Both the position numbers and the translations under genes were made by a program. From a virus: a stretch of DNA of 52,545 nt. Below are positions 25,251 to 32,349 of this stretch, piece after piece (the stretch's first letter is position 1; every line of letters begins with the position of its first letter). A model generated the notes under the pieces. The model worked only from the letters and a program-made list of their open reading frames with translations. It searched no databases and was not told where the DNA came from. The stretch covers positions 1 through 52,545 of the IMG/VR virus record IMGVR_UViG_3300031507_000007; one strand, written 5' to 3'.

Positions 25251-25525
25251 GGTCGATACTCCAATGCGCTTCGGATCATGTCCTCGGCGATTCGCGTGAT
25301 CTGGGTGTCGTGCCCGTCGGAGATGCGCTCGCACAGCGCAGACAGGATTTCCCCGAGAGTGGCGCGGCCGAAGTTGATGACGATGCGGTCCGGCCCGGGT
25401 GCCTCGGGCAGCGTTGGCCTTGGCGACCGCGTGCGGTTGTAGGGCATTCGGTAGCGGCGGCGCGGCTTGTACATCGCCGCGAACCTCGCCGCGGTCTCCG
25501 CGCTGGTCGATCGCCGGATGCTCAT
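25247..25525 (-). CDS. Hypothetical protein (92 aa)
   Basis: ATG 25525 in an ATGA overlap with the helicase stop. It is the C-terminal part of the long shadow ORF 25247..26929. Confidence 0.4.
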   Translation of the reverse strand: MSIRRSTSAETAARFAAMYKPRRRYRMPYNRTRSPRPTLPEAPGPDRIVINFGRATLGEILSALCERISDGHDTQITRIAEDMIRSALEYRP

Positions 25526-26826
25526 TCGATCCTCGCAACGACGCGCCAGCGTCCGCTTGGGGTTTTCTCGATCGCGCCGGAGCGCGACAGCTCTTGAAGC
25601 GCCGACTGCGCGGCGTTGCCGCGGCCGACTCCGCGGAGCCCGCGGATCTCCGACCACTCCATGCCGAGCATCCCGTGTCGGGTCAGCGCCGTCATGATCT
25701 CTGCCCGCCGCGATGCGTCGGCGTCGCCGGCGCGCGCGAGGTTCATGTCCGCCGTGACCTCCGCGATCGACGGCGCGGGGCCGGCGCGGTGCTTGTCCTT
25801 CTTCGCCTTCTCGTGCTCGGCCTTCACCGCAAGCGGGTGGACCGGGACGTAGTCGAGCTCGTCCCACACGCCGCCGGGCTTCTTGAACCGCGCGCCCACC
25901 TTGCCCTCGCGCCCGACGTGCCGGCTCTTGGCGATGTTCCAGCGCGCCTCGAGCTCGTCCTTGTCGTCGGCCTTGAACACCTCGAGGTTGATCTCGATCG
26001 CCGCGGCGTTCTCGACCTCGCCGCTCTCGCCGGCCGACCCGGAGGTATCGGTCGCCGACTCGTGATCGACCTTGCCGGTGAGCGCCTGGTTCTTCGAGCG
26101 CGACGGCTGAGCGAGCATCAACACGAAGCACTCCTCTTCGACGGCCAGCGCCCGGATGTTCTCGGCCGCCGCGATCGTGGCCATGCGGATATCGCGCGCC
26201 AGCGACGCGAGCTTTCCGAGGTAGTCGACCACGATCAGCGGCTTGACCCGGTACGTCTTCCAGACCACCGCGATCGCCCGGCGCAGCGCCGCATACTGCT
26301 TGTCCGGGTCCATCAGGCGCGGCACGAACTTCCACATGTCGTGGACGGCCTGCAGGGTGTGGGCGATCCGGGCCTCGGTCCAGTGCTCCTTGATCGCCAT
26401 CGTGTGCACGCCGTGCATGTTGGCGACGATGCGCTCCGTGATCTGCGTGGGGTCGAGCTCGAGCGCGCACCACAGCACGGGGATGCCGTTGCCGGTGAAC
26501 GACAGCCCGACCTGGATCGCGAAGCTCGTCTTGCCGGCCCCGGTCGGCCCGGTGACTATCACGACGTCGCCGGTGTACGCCCGGCAGCGCTCGCCGAGCT
26601 GGGGCCACGCGGCCGGCCAGCAGAACCGCGGCAGCCCGCGCCGCCGGATGATCTCGGTCAGGCAGTCGAGCGGCCCCGGGAACTTGTCGCTCTCGGAGAG
26701 CTTGCTGTTCTGCTCGGCCAGCGCGGCGGAGAACGCCTCGGTCAGCTTCGCGTTCGCGCGCATCCCGGGGAACGGGATCACGTTGTCCGGGACGGAGCCG
26801 GCTTCGTCGTCGAGGATCGGCATCAC
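25522..26826 (-). CDS. Replicative helicase, DnaB/RecA-fold family, with a C-terminal winged-helix-like tail
   Basis: Walker A GPTGAGKTSF, Walker B-like LIVVDYLG. 434 aa, adjacent to the primase gene. Confidence 0.75.
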   Translation of the reverse strand: MMPILDDEAGSVPDNVIPFPGMRANAKLTEAFSAALAEQNSKLSESDKFPGPLDCLTEIIRRRGLPRFCWPAAWPQLGERCRAYTGDVVIVTGPTGAGKTSFAIQVGLSFTGNGIPVLWCALELDPTQITERIVANMHGVHTMAIKEHWTEARIAHTLQAVHDMWKFVPRLMDPDKQYAALRRAIAVVWKTYRVKPLIVVDYLGKLASLARDIRMATIAAAENIRALAVEEECFVLMLAQPSRSKNQALTGKVDHESATDTSGSAGESGEVENAAAIEINLEVFKADDKDELEARWNIAKSRHVGREGKVGARFKKPGGVWDELDYVPVHPLAVKAEHEKAKKDKHRAGPAPSIAEVTADMNLARAGDADASRRAEIMTALTRHGMLGMEWSEIRGLRGVGRGNAAQSALQELSRSGAIEKTPSGRWRVVARIE

Positions 26827-27113
26827 CGGTAGGCCACCGCGTATCGACGTCGGCCATGGAAGCGCGCGCCATCGGATGCATTGCAGCTGCGGCAGGACGC
26901 CCGCAGTACCACGCCATCGAGGTACTCACGCCACTGTCGGCGGATCCGGTCGAGGAAGTTCAGGCGGCGACCGCACCACGTGCGACCGTCGGCGTGGTCG
27001 ATCTCGGCGTCCTCGAGCGCCAGGAAGCGACCGCAATGCGCGCAGCGCCGATCGGGCGCCAGGATTTCGAGCAGCGTGATGCGCAGCTGCAGCGCGTTCT
27101 CAGAACGGCTCAC
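26823..27113 (-). CDS. HNH-type zinc-binding endonuclease-like protein (96 aa)
   Basis: GTG 27113 in a GTGA overlap. CAHCG...EIDHADG...CRSCN. Confidence 0.45.
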   Translation of the reverse strand: MSRSENALQLRITLLEILAPDRRCAHCGRFLALEDAEIDHADGRTWCGRRLNFLDRIRRQWREYLDGVVLRASCRSCNASDGARFHGRRRYAVAYR

Positions 27114-28360
27114 GCCGCCTGACCGATCTCTGTCCACCACCTCACCAGCGCTTTCGCGTCCACGCCCTGCCGGATCAAGTCGTTCAGGTCTTTGGCCGGT
27201 GGGATCGTAGGTCCGCCGTCGATAGCGATCCATGGATGGCTCGTGCACATCAGCCAGCCCACGCGCCGCGGGCCGAGCAGCCGCACGGCGACCTTCGTGG
27301 CCGCGTTCGGATCTTCGTTCACGCTCGCGTCGGCGGCGCCGATCCGCATCGTGCCGTCGCGCTGCAGCTTCGGCGGGTCGGCCTGCTCGACGATGAGCAG
27401 CCGGCTCGTGCCGTCGCGCCGCGCGAGCTCGCGGGCCGCGTGCCCGGCGACCAGCGCCAGGGATCCGGCCTCCACGGCGCCGAGCACGCACGCTTCCGGC
27501 CAGACGATCAGTGCGGTCAGGTAGTCCATGAGTCCCTCGACGACCACGACCAGGTCGGCATCGACCTCGTGCGGCCTGCCGTAGCATCCAACGAGCTGGC
27601 GCGGGCGCCCAGCCTCCGCCGGCCCCGCGGTCACGCTGCCGAGCATCCCCACGATCTTCGGCTGGCCCGGACGCGGCTCGAAGCGCCGTACCCGGATGTC
27701 GACGAGCGCGCCGTCGAGACCGCGCACCGGCAGCGCAATGGCCGGCGACGCGAACAGGTGCGACATCGACTTCATGTCGGCCGACTTCGCGATCTCCTGC
27801 ATCGAGACTCGCATCGGCGTCTCGCGGATCTCCTCGCGGCCGAGCAGCTTGGTCGGGTCGAGGCCGCGGCCCTCGAGGTAGAGATCGCCGACCGACAGCA
27901 CGCGCCCATCACGGCGCTCGCGCGCGACCTCCTCGTGGTGCATCAGCCGGTCCCACGCCCATGCGGCGCGGCGCTTCGCCAGCGCGATCCGCTCGACCAG
28001 TGGGACCGGCGGCGGCAGTGGAGCGCGTGGACGCGGGGCGGCCTTGCCCAGCGCATCCCAGGGGTCCCCCGTGTCGATGCCGGCGATCTTGGCCGCCGCC
28101 TCTAGCACGGCCGGGAAGTCGGCGCGCACGTCGAGCTTCTCGGAGGCCGCGATCAGGGCCAGGAGATCGCCGCCCTTGTCACAGGCGTAGCAATGCCAGA
28201 ATCCGTCGCGCGAGATCCCGAACGCCTCCGTGCCATGGTCGTCCGACCCGCACCGGCGAGACCTCATCCAGCGCCCGCGCCACGCGCCGGAGATCCCGAG
28301 GTATGCGGCGACGTCTTCGGCGCGCAGCGCGGCGAGCACGGTGTCCTTGTCGACGGTCAT
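27110..28360 (-). CDS. DNA primase (CHC2-like zinc finger plus TOPRIM)
   Basis: ATG 28360. RRCGSDDHGTEAFGISRDGFWHCYACDKGGDLLALI is a zinc-finger block. VVVVEGLMDYLTA is TOPRIM-like. Confidence 0.75.
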   Translation of the reverse strand: MTVDKDTVLAALRAEDVAAYLGISGAWRGRWMRSRRCGSDDHGTEAFGISRDGFWHCYACDKGGDLLALIAASEKLDVRADFPAVLEAAAKIAGIDTGDPWDALGKAAPRPRAPLPPPVPLVERIALAKRRAAWAWDRLMHHEEVARERRDGRVLSVGDLYLEGRGLDPTKLLGREEIRETPMRVSMQEIAKSADMKSMSHLFASPAIALPVRGLDGALVDIRVRRFEPRPGQPKIVGMLGSVTAGPAEAGRPRQLVGCYGRPHEVDADLVVVVEGLMDYLTALIVWPEACVLGAVEAGSLALVAGHAARELARRDGTSRLLIVEQADPPKLQRDGTMRIGAADASVNEDPNAATKVAVRLLGPRRVGWLMCTSHPWIAIDGGPTIPPAKDLNDLIRQGVDAKALVRWWTEIGQAA

Positions 28361-28941
28361 GAGAACTTCTCCCCGTTTCGACGGCGCAGGCCGCGGTGCA
28401 GCGCCTGGGGCGAAAGCTTCGCCATCCTGGCGGCCTCGTGGAGCGACATCCCGGAATCGAGCAGCCTCAGGCCGGCGGCGGTTCTCGTGGGATGGCCGGG
28501 GCGCGGTGATCCGGCGCCGTTGGCCTGCGACCTGACGCCCGCGTTGATGCACCACACCCACACGGTCTGGTAGCTGAATCCGGTCTGGATCGACACGGAA
28601 GCTACCGACATTCCGCCGCGCACCAGATCTACCGCGGCGTCCCGAGCCGCCGCATGGCTCTCTCGAACCGATGCCAGCTCTCCCTCTTTGCGAACCTCGC
28701 GATCGTCGCTGCGCGCAGCGATTGCGTCGAGCATCGGAGTCTGGCGCGGTCCGTTGCGATCGACCAGCACCATCGACACGGCCTGTCTAGTGATGCCGAA
28801 CTTGGCGGCGGCTACATCGATAGCGCAGCCGTCGCGCTCGACCATGTCGGCGGCGAGTTTGCTGCGGCTGTCCTCGTGGCGCTTGCGGTTGTGGCCGAGC
28901 TTGCCGCACTGCCCGCATTTTGACTTCTGGCGCGGCTTCAC
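28357..28941 (-). CDS. Multi-HTH DNA-binding protein with an N-terminal zinc knuckle (CX2CX4HX4H)
   Basis: GTG 28941 in a GTGA overlap. CGQCGKLGHNRKRH. Three HTH-like segments: AAAKFGITRQAV, SVSIQTGFSYQTV and EAARMAKLSPQAL. Confidence 0.5.
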   Translation of the reverse strand: MKPRQKSKCGQCGKLGHNRKRHEDSRSKLAADMVERDGCAIDVAAAKFGITRQAVSMVLVDRNGPRQTPMLDAIAARSDDREVRKEGELASVRESHAAARDAAVDLVRGGMSVASVSIQTGFSYQTVWVWCINAGVRSQANGAGSPRPGHPTRTAAGLRLLDSGMSLHEAARMAKLSPQALHRGLRRRNGEKFS

Positions 28942-29117
28942 TTCCACCTCGGAAACGGCTTCTCGGGGATCCGCATGCGGTCGGCGGACAGCGCCCACGC
29001 CACGATCGGAGTGTAGGCCATGCCCGGCCAGAATCCGGTCGCTTCGGAGTAGATGCAGATCGCCATAGCGGCGACCCACCATGGGATCGAGATCCAGAGC
29101 GGGATGACGCGCCTCAC
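28938..29117 (-). CDS. Small membrane protein (59 aa) candidate
   Basis: Read manually: VRRVIPLWISIPWWVAAMAICIYSEATGFWPGMAYTPIVAWALSADRMRIPEKPFPRWK. GTGA overlaps at both ends. Confidence 0.4.
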   Translation of the reverse strand: MRRVIPLWISIPWWVAAMAICIYSEATGFWPGMAYTPIVAWALSADRMRIPEKPFPRWK

Positions 29118-29308
29118 CGGACCGCCTCGACCATGTCGATCAGGGAGCGGACGTCCATTAGAGCGTCGACGAGCTTGGCCTCGACCGCGCGCAGGGCCTC
29201 GATCTGGGTCGGCTCGCAGGCATCTAGATCACCGCAGACCTCGGCGAGTGCGCCGTGTTCGTTGACAGCGGTGACCCGGGCCACGCCGAAGTCGAATCCG
29301 ACCTTCAC
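29114..29308 (-). CDS. Hypothetical protein (64 aa)
   Basis: GTG 29308 in a GTGA overlap with the upstream stop, inside ORF 29114..29422. Confidence 0.4.
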   Translation of the reverse strand: MKVGFDFGVARVTAVNEHGALAEVCGDLDACEPTQIEALRAVEAKLVDALMDVRSLIDMVEAVR

Positions 29309-29490
29309 CCGATCCTCGGGACGAACACCGGGGCCGACCATCCGTCGTGCTGCAGCGCATCTACGGTCGGATCCAGGTCGGACGATGTGACCTTCCAGTA
29401 GAGCTGGACCTGGTACAGGCACCCGCCCGGGATCTGCAGCCGGCGGACCCGGCGACCCTCGATATCCACGACCATCTCCCAGTCGCTCAT
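29305..29490 (-). CDS. Hypothetical protein (61 aa)
   Basis: ORF track entry, with an ATGA overlap with the upstream gene. Confidence 0.4.
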   Translation of the reverse strand: MSDWEMVVDIEGRRVRRLQIPGGCLYQVQLYWKVTSSDLDPTVDALQHDGWSAPVFVPRIG

Positions 29491-29735
29491 GGCGTCACTC
29501 CGAATCGGCGCGTCTTCTTATCGCGCTTGCAATACCCCTTGTGCTCGAGAGCCAAGAGGCAGTTGTAGGCCGGCTGCCGGGTCACGCCGAGGTAGTTGGC
29601 GATCTCCATCAATGTCGGTGCACGTTTGCGCACGGCCCAGAAGTTGATCAGGGCCTGAAGAGTCCGCTGCTGCGACGGCGGCAGCGACTTCACGGGCGGC
29701 TTGATCGGGGGGAGCTTCTGCGCGACCGCGGTCAT
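29487..29735 (-). CDS. LexA-type N-terminal winged-HTH DNA-binding domain protein (no peptidase domain)
   Basis: LPPSQQRTLQALINFWAVRKRAPTLMEIANYLGVTRQPAYNCLLALEHKGYCKRDKKTRRF. Confidence 0.6.
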   Translation of the reverse strand: MTAVAQKLPPIKPPVKSLPPSQQRTLQALINFWAVRKRAPTLMEIANYLGVTRQPAYNCLLALEHKGYCKRDKKTRRFGVTP

Positions 29736-29971
29736 CGGACCGCTCGCAGGTACTCGTCAATCGTCGACATCATCTCCATCAGATTCACCTTGTCTTCCTC
29801 GCTCGATCGTAGAGCGACGCATTCGATCGCCGCGGCGATCTCGAACATCCGATCCGTCGAGGTGGGCCCTTCCGCGGAGGCGGCCTCGAACATCGCCTCG
29901 GCAAGGCACGGTAGGTTCACGTATTGGTTGCCGTCCATACCCCAAAAGGAGTACACAGTCTGCGTGCCCAC
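29732..29971 (-). CDS. Hypothetical protein, first gene of the leftward replication operon
   Basis: ORF track entry with a GTG start. Only 30 nt separate it from the divergent recT, so an internal ATG (MDGNQ...) is an alternative start. Confidence 0.4.
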   Translation of the reverse strand: MGTQTVYSFWGMDGNQYVNLPCLAEAMFEAASAEGPTSTDRMFEIAAAIECVALRSSEEDKVNLMEMMSTIDEYLRAVR

Positions 29972-30001
29972 GTCAACATCGGGCGCAGGAGCTACTAGAA
30001 C

Positions 30002-31252
30002 ATGACGACCCCGAACGGACCTGAGACCCGCACCGACATGGTGCTATCACCGCGACAAGAGAAGCTTGTTGCGCTGCGTGACGACATGCGACCCGGCGAA
30101 AGGCCGGGCGCGATCGTGCCTCGAACTTTTGTCGAGGTCGAGCTGATGTGCAAGGCGCTGGCCGGTGCCGGGCTCATCCCGGCGGCCTACCGCGAAAAGC
30201 CGGCCGACATGATGTTGGTCGTGATGAGCGGCGCTGAGCTGGGGCTGCCGCCGATGGCGAGCCTGCGCCTCTACCACGTGATCGAAGGCGTCCCGCGGCT
30301 GGGCGCCGAGGGCGTGCGCGCGATCATCATCCAGAGCCCCGATTGCGAATACTTCGAGTTCGCCGAGTCGTCGCCGGAGCGCGCCGTGTGGATCGGCAAG
30401 AAGGTGGGGCGCCCCGAGAAGTCGATCACGTGGACGATGGAGCGCGCGCGCAAGGCCGGGCTCGCCGGCAAGGCGAACTGGACCAAGTCGCCCGAGGACA
30501 TGCTCAACGCGCGCGCCTCGATGCAGCTCGGACGCCTGATCTGGCCGCACATCGTCGCCGGCCTCATCTCGCGCGAGGAAGCGATGGACGGCCCGATCGA
30601 TGTCGAGTGGACCGAGGCTCCGAAGTTCAGCGCGCCCGCGCCGCGCGTCCAGGTCGTCGAGGTGCCGCTGCCGGCCGGATCGTCGGTCGCGGTGACGCCG
30701 GCCGCAGCGCCGCCCGAGAGGAAGACCCGCGCCCCGCGCCCCGCGCCCATCCCTACGTCGCCCCCTGCATCAAGCGATTCGTCGTCGGCAGGGGCGACGC
30801 AGCCCGCGAGCTCCGCGACATCGTCCGCCGCAAGCACGGCGACGCCGCCGGCCGAGGTCGTGCTCGATAAGTGGGGTCAGGCGATCGCCCATGCCGAGGC
30901 GAAGAACGCAAACCCTCCGCCCGCCGATACGGCCTCGACTGGCTCGTCGACCGCCTCGGCTTCCTCGACGGCATCGACTTCGGAGCCCTCGAGTGGTGCC
31001 GCCGCCGATGACCTCGGCGATGCCGGCTTCGAGGACGAGGACCCGGTCGACACGCAGCCGACGTACGACCAGGCCGGCTTCATCGCCTGGCTGGCTGGCT
31101 GCATTTCACAGACCCAGCTGGCCCGAGAGGCTGACCCGTGGATCGCCTGGAACGGCACGATCGGCGACCCCAAGGTCCAGGCCAAGATCCGGCCGGAAGT
31201 CGTCGCGAACCGCAAGCTCTACGCGGCCCGCAAGGCGGAGCTGCCGCTGTGA
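30002..31252 (+). CDS. recT: RecT-family single-strand annealing protein with a long Ser/Thr/Ala/Pro-rich C-terminal extension
   Basis: LAGAGLIPAAYREKPADMMLVVMSGAELGLPPMASLRLYHVIEGVPRL is RecT-core-like. About 200 extra C-terminal residues. Confidence 0.75.
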   Translation: MTTPNGPETRTDMVLSPRQEKLVALRDDMRPGERPGAIVPRTFVEVELMCKALAGAGLIPAAYREKPADMMLVVMSGAELGLPPMASLRLYHVIEGVPRLGAEGVRAIIIQSPDCEYFEFAESSPERAVWIGKKVGRPEKSITWTMERARKAGLAGKANWTKSPEDMLNARASMQLGRLIWPHIVAGLISREEAMDGPIDVEWTEAPKFSAPAPRVQVVEVPLPAGSSVAVTPAAAPPERKTRAPRPAPIPTSPPASSDSSSAGATQPASSATSSAASTATPPAEVVLDKWGQAIAHAEAKNANPPPADTASTGSSTASASSTASTSEPSSGAAADDLGDAGFEDEDPVDTQPTYDQAGFIAWLAGCISQTQLAREADPWIAWNGTIGDPKVQAKIRPEVVANRKLYAARKAELPL

Positions 31253-31407
31253 GGGCCCAGATCGTTGCCGTAGCGGCGTCGGGGTGCCTCGCAACGTTGG
31301 CGTATTGCTGCAGGCCAGCGGCCGATCTTGTTGCGTACGCGCTGGCGGGCGGATGCATCGCCCTGATCTGCAGCCGGCGGCCGAGCGCGGAAGGCAAGAA
31401 ATCATGA
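31249..31407 (+). CDS. Small Cys-rich membrane peptide (52 aa) candidate
   Basis: GTG start in a GTGA overlap. VRAQIVAVAASGCLATLAYCC... Confidence 0.3.
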   Translation: MRAQIVAVAASGCLATLAYCCRPAADLVAYALAGGCIALICSRRPSAEGKKS

Positions 31408-31586
31408 TGAACGAACAGGAGACTGCGCAGGTCGTGAACCGCATCGACGCCGCATCGGCCGAGCGGATCGCGGGCCTGCGAAACGGGCTGCTCGAGGCGT
31501 GCAACGCGCTCACGCACGACCGGGACATCGGAGGGGCCGAGTATGCGCTCGTCAAGCGCCTCCGAGAGCTGGCAGGTGTGCCTTGA
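31404..31586 (+). CDS. Hypothetical protein (60 aa)
   Basis: ATG 31404 in an ATGA overlap, in the frame of ORF 30891..31586. Confidence 0.4.
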   Translation: MMNEQETAQVVNRIDAASAERIAGLRNGLLEACNALTHDRDIGGAEYALVKRLRELAGVP

Positions 31587-31798
31587 GCCTCTACAGCAAC
31601 CACAGCGTGAGCATCTCCGCTCGATTGGCGGATCGGCTTCGCGTGCGCGCGCTACGCGACGGCGTGCCGATGCGCTTCATCGTCGACATGGCGTGCTCCG
31701 GTGAACTTGCGGTCGGCGATCATCTTCTCACGCTCGAGCGCCCCGGCGACTGCGCGCGCGAGATGTTCCGGCTGGCGCGCCCGGAGGTGCCGCGGTGA
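31583..31798 (+). CDS. RHH-like small protein candidate
   Basis: TTG 31583 in a TTGA overlap. SVSISARLADRLRVRALRDGVPMRFIVDMA. Confidence 0.35.
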   Translation: MSLYSNHSVSISARLADRLRVRALRDGVPMRFIVDMACSGELAVGDHLLTLERPGDCAREMFRLARPEVPR

Positions 31799-32349
31799 CG
31801 CGCCTGGTGCTGTACGTCGCCCACCCGGTGGCGCCGACCGAGGAGGAGATCGCGGCGATTCGAAAGTCCGATGACTTCATCGGAGGTCAAGCGCACGGCG
31901 ATGCCGCCCAGCGCGCATACGATGCGGCGGTCGTCCGATCGGCGCTGCAGGCCAACCTCACCGCCGCCATGAAGTGGCTCTCCTGGCTGAGCCGCAGCTT
32001 CCCGGAGACCACGTTCATCGCCCCGTGGATCGCCGACATCCAGAGCGGCGCCGACGACTCGGATCCGGCGCAGCGCGAGCGCGGGCTCGTCGACTGCTGC
32101 GCCGTGGTAGAGCGCTGCGATGGGATCGTGCTCGTGGGTCCGCGGATCTCGACCGGCATGGCGAGGGAGCGGGACCACGGCCGCACGCATTCGAATGTGG
32201 TGATGGATTACGAGGGAGATCCCAGTGCGTTCCAGGTCTACGACCTCACCCAACACCCCAACGCGCCAGCCCAAGGGCAGCCTATCATCCCAGGCGGCCC
32301 GCACCCGTGCTCGTTCGTCGAATGGGCGAAAGCGGTTCTGGTCCGGTGA
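31795..32349 (+). CDS. Nucleoside 2-deoxyribosyltransferase-like (DUF1937/DUF4406-type) protein, paralogue 2
   Basis: YVAHPVA...NLTAAMKWLSWL...IAPWI...RCDGIVLVGPRISTGMARE. Block-for-block similar to 20906..21319. Confidence 0.55.
   Translation: MTRLVLYVAHPVAPTEEEIAAIRKSDDFIGGQAHGDAAQRAYDAAVVRSALQANLTAAMKWLSWLSRSFPETTFIAPWIADIQSGADDSDPAQRERGLVDCCAVVERCDGIVLVGPRISTGMARERDHGRTHSNVVMDYEGDPSAFQVYDLTQHPNAPAQGQPIIPGGPHPCSFVEWAKAVLVR

Noticed and set aside
25247-26929. 560-aa ORF on the minus strand overlapping the helicase gene
   Set aside because: It is in an alternative frame of the DnaB-like gene, which carries the Walker motifs. The sequence is Arg/Gly/Asp/Pro-rich. Only the last 92 codons (25247..25525) are kept as a CDS.
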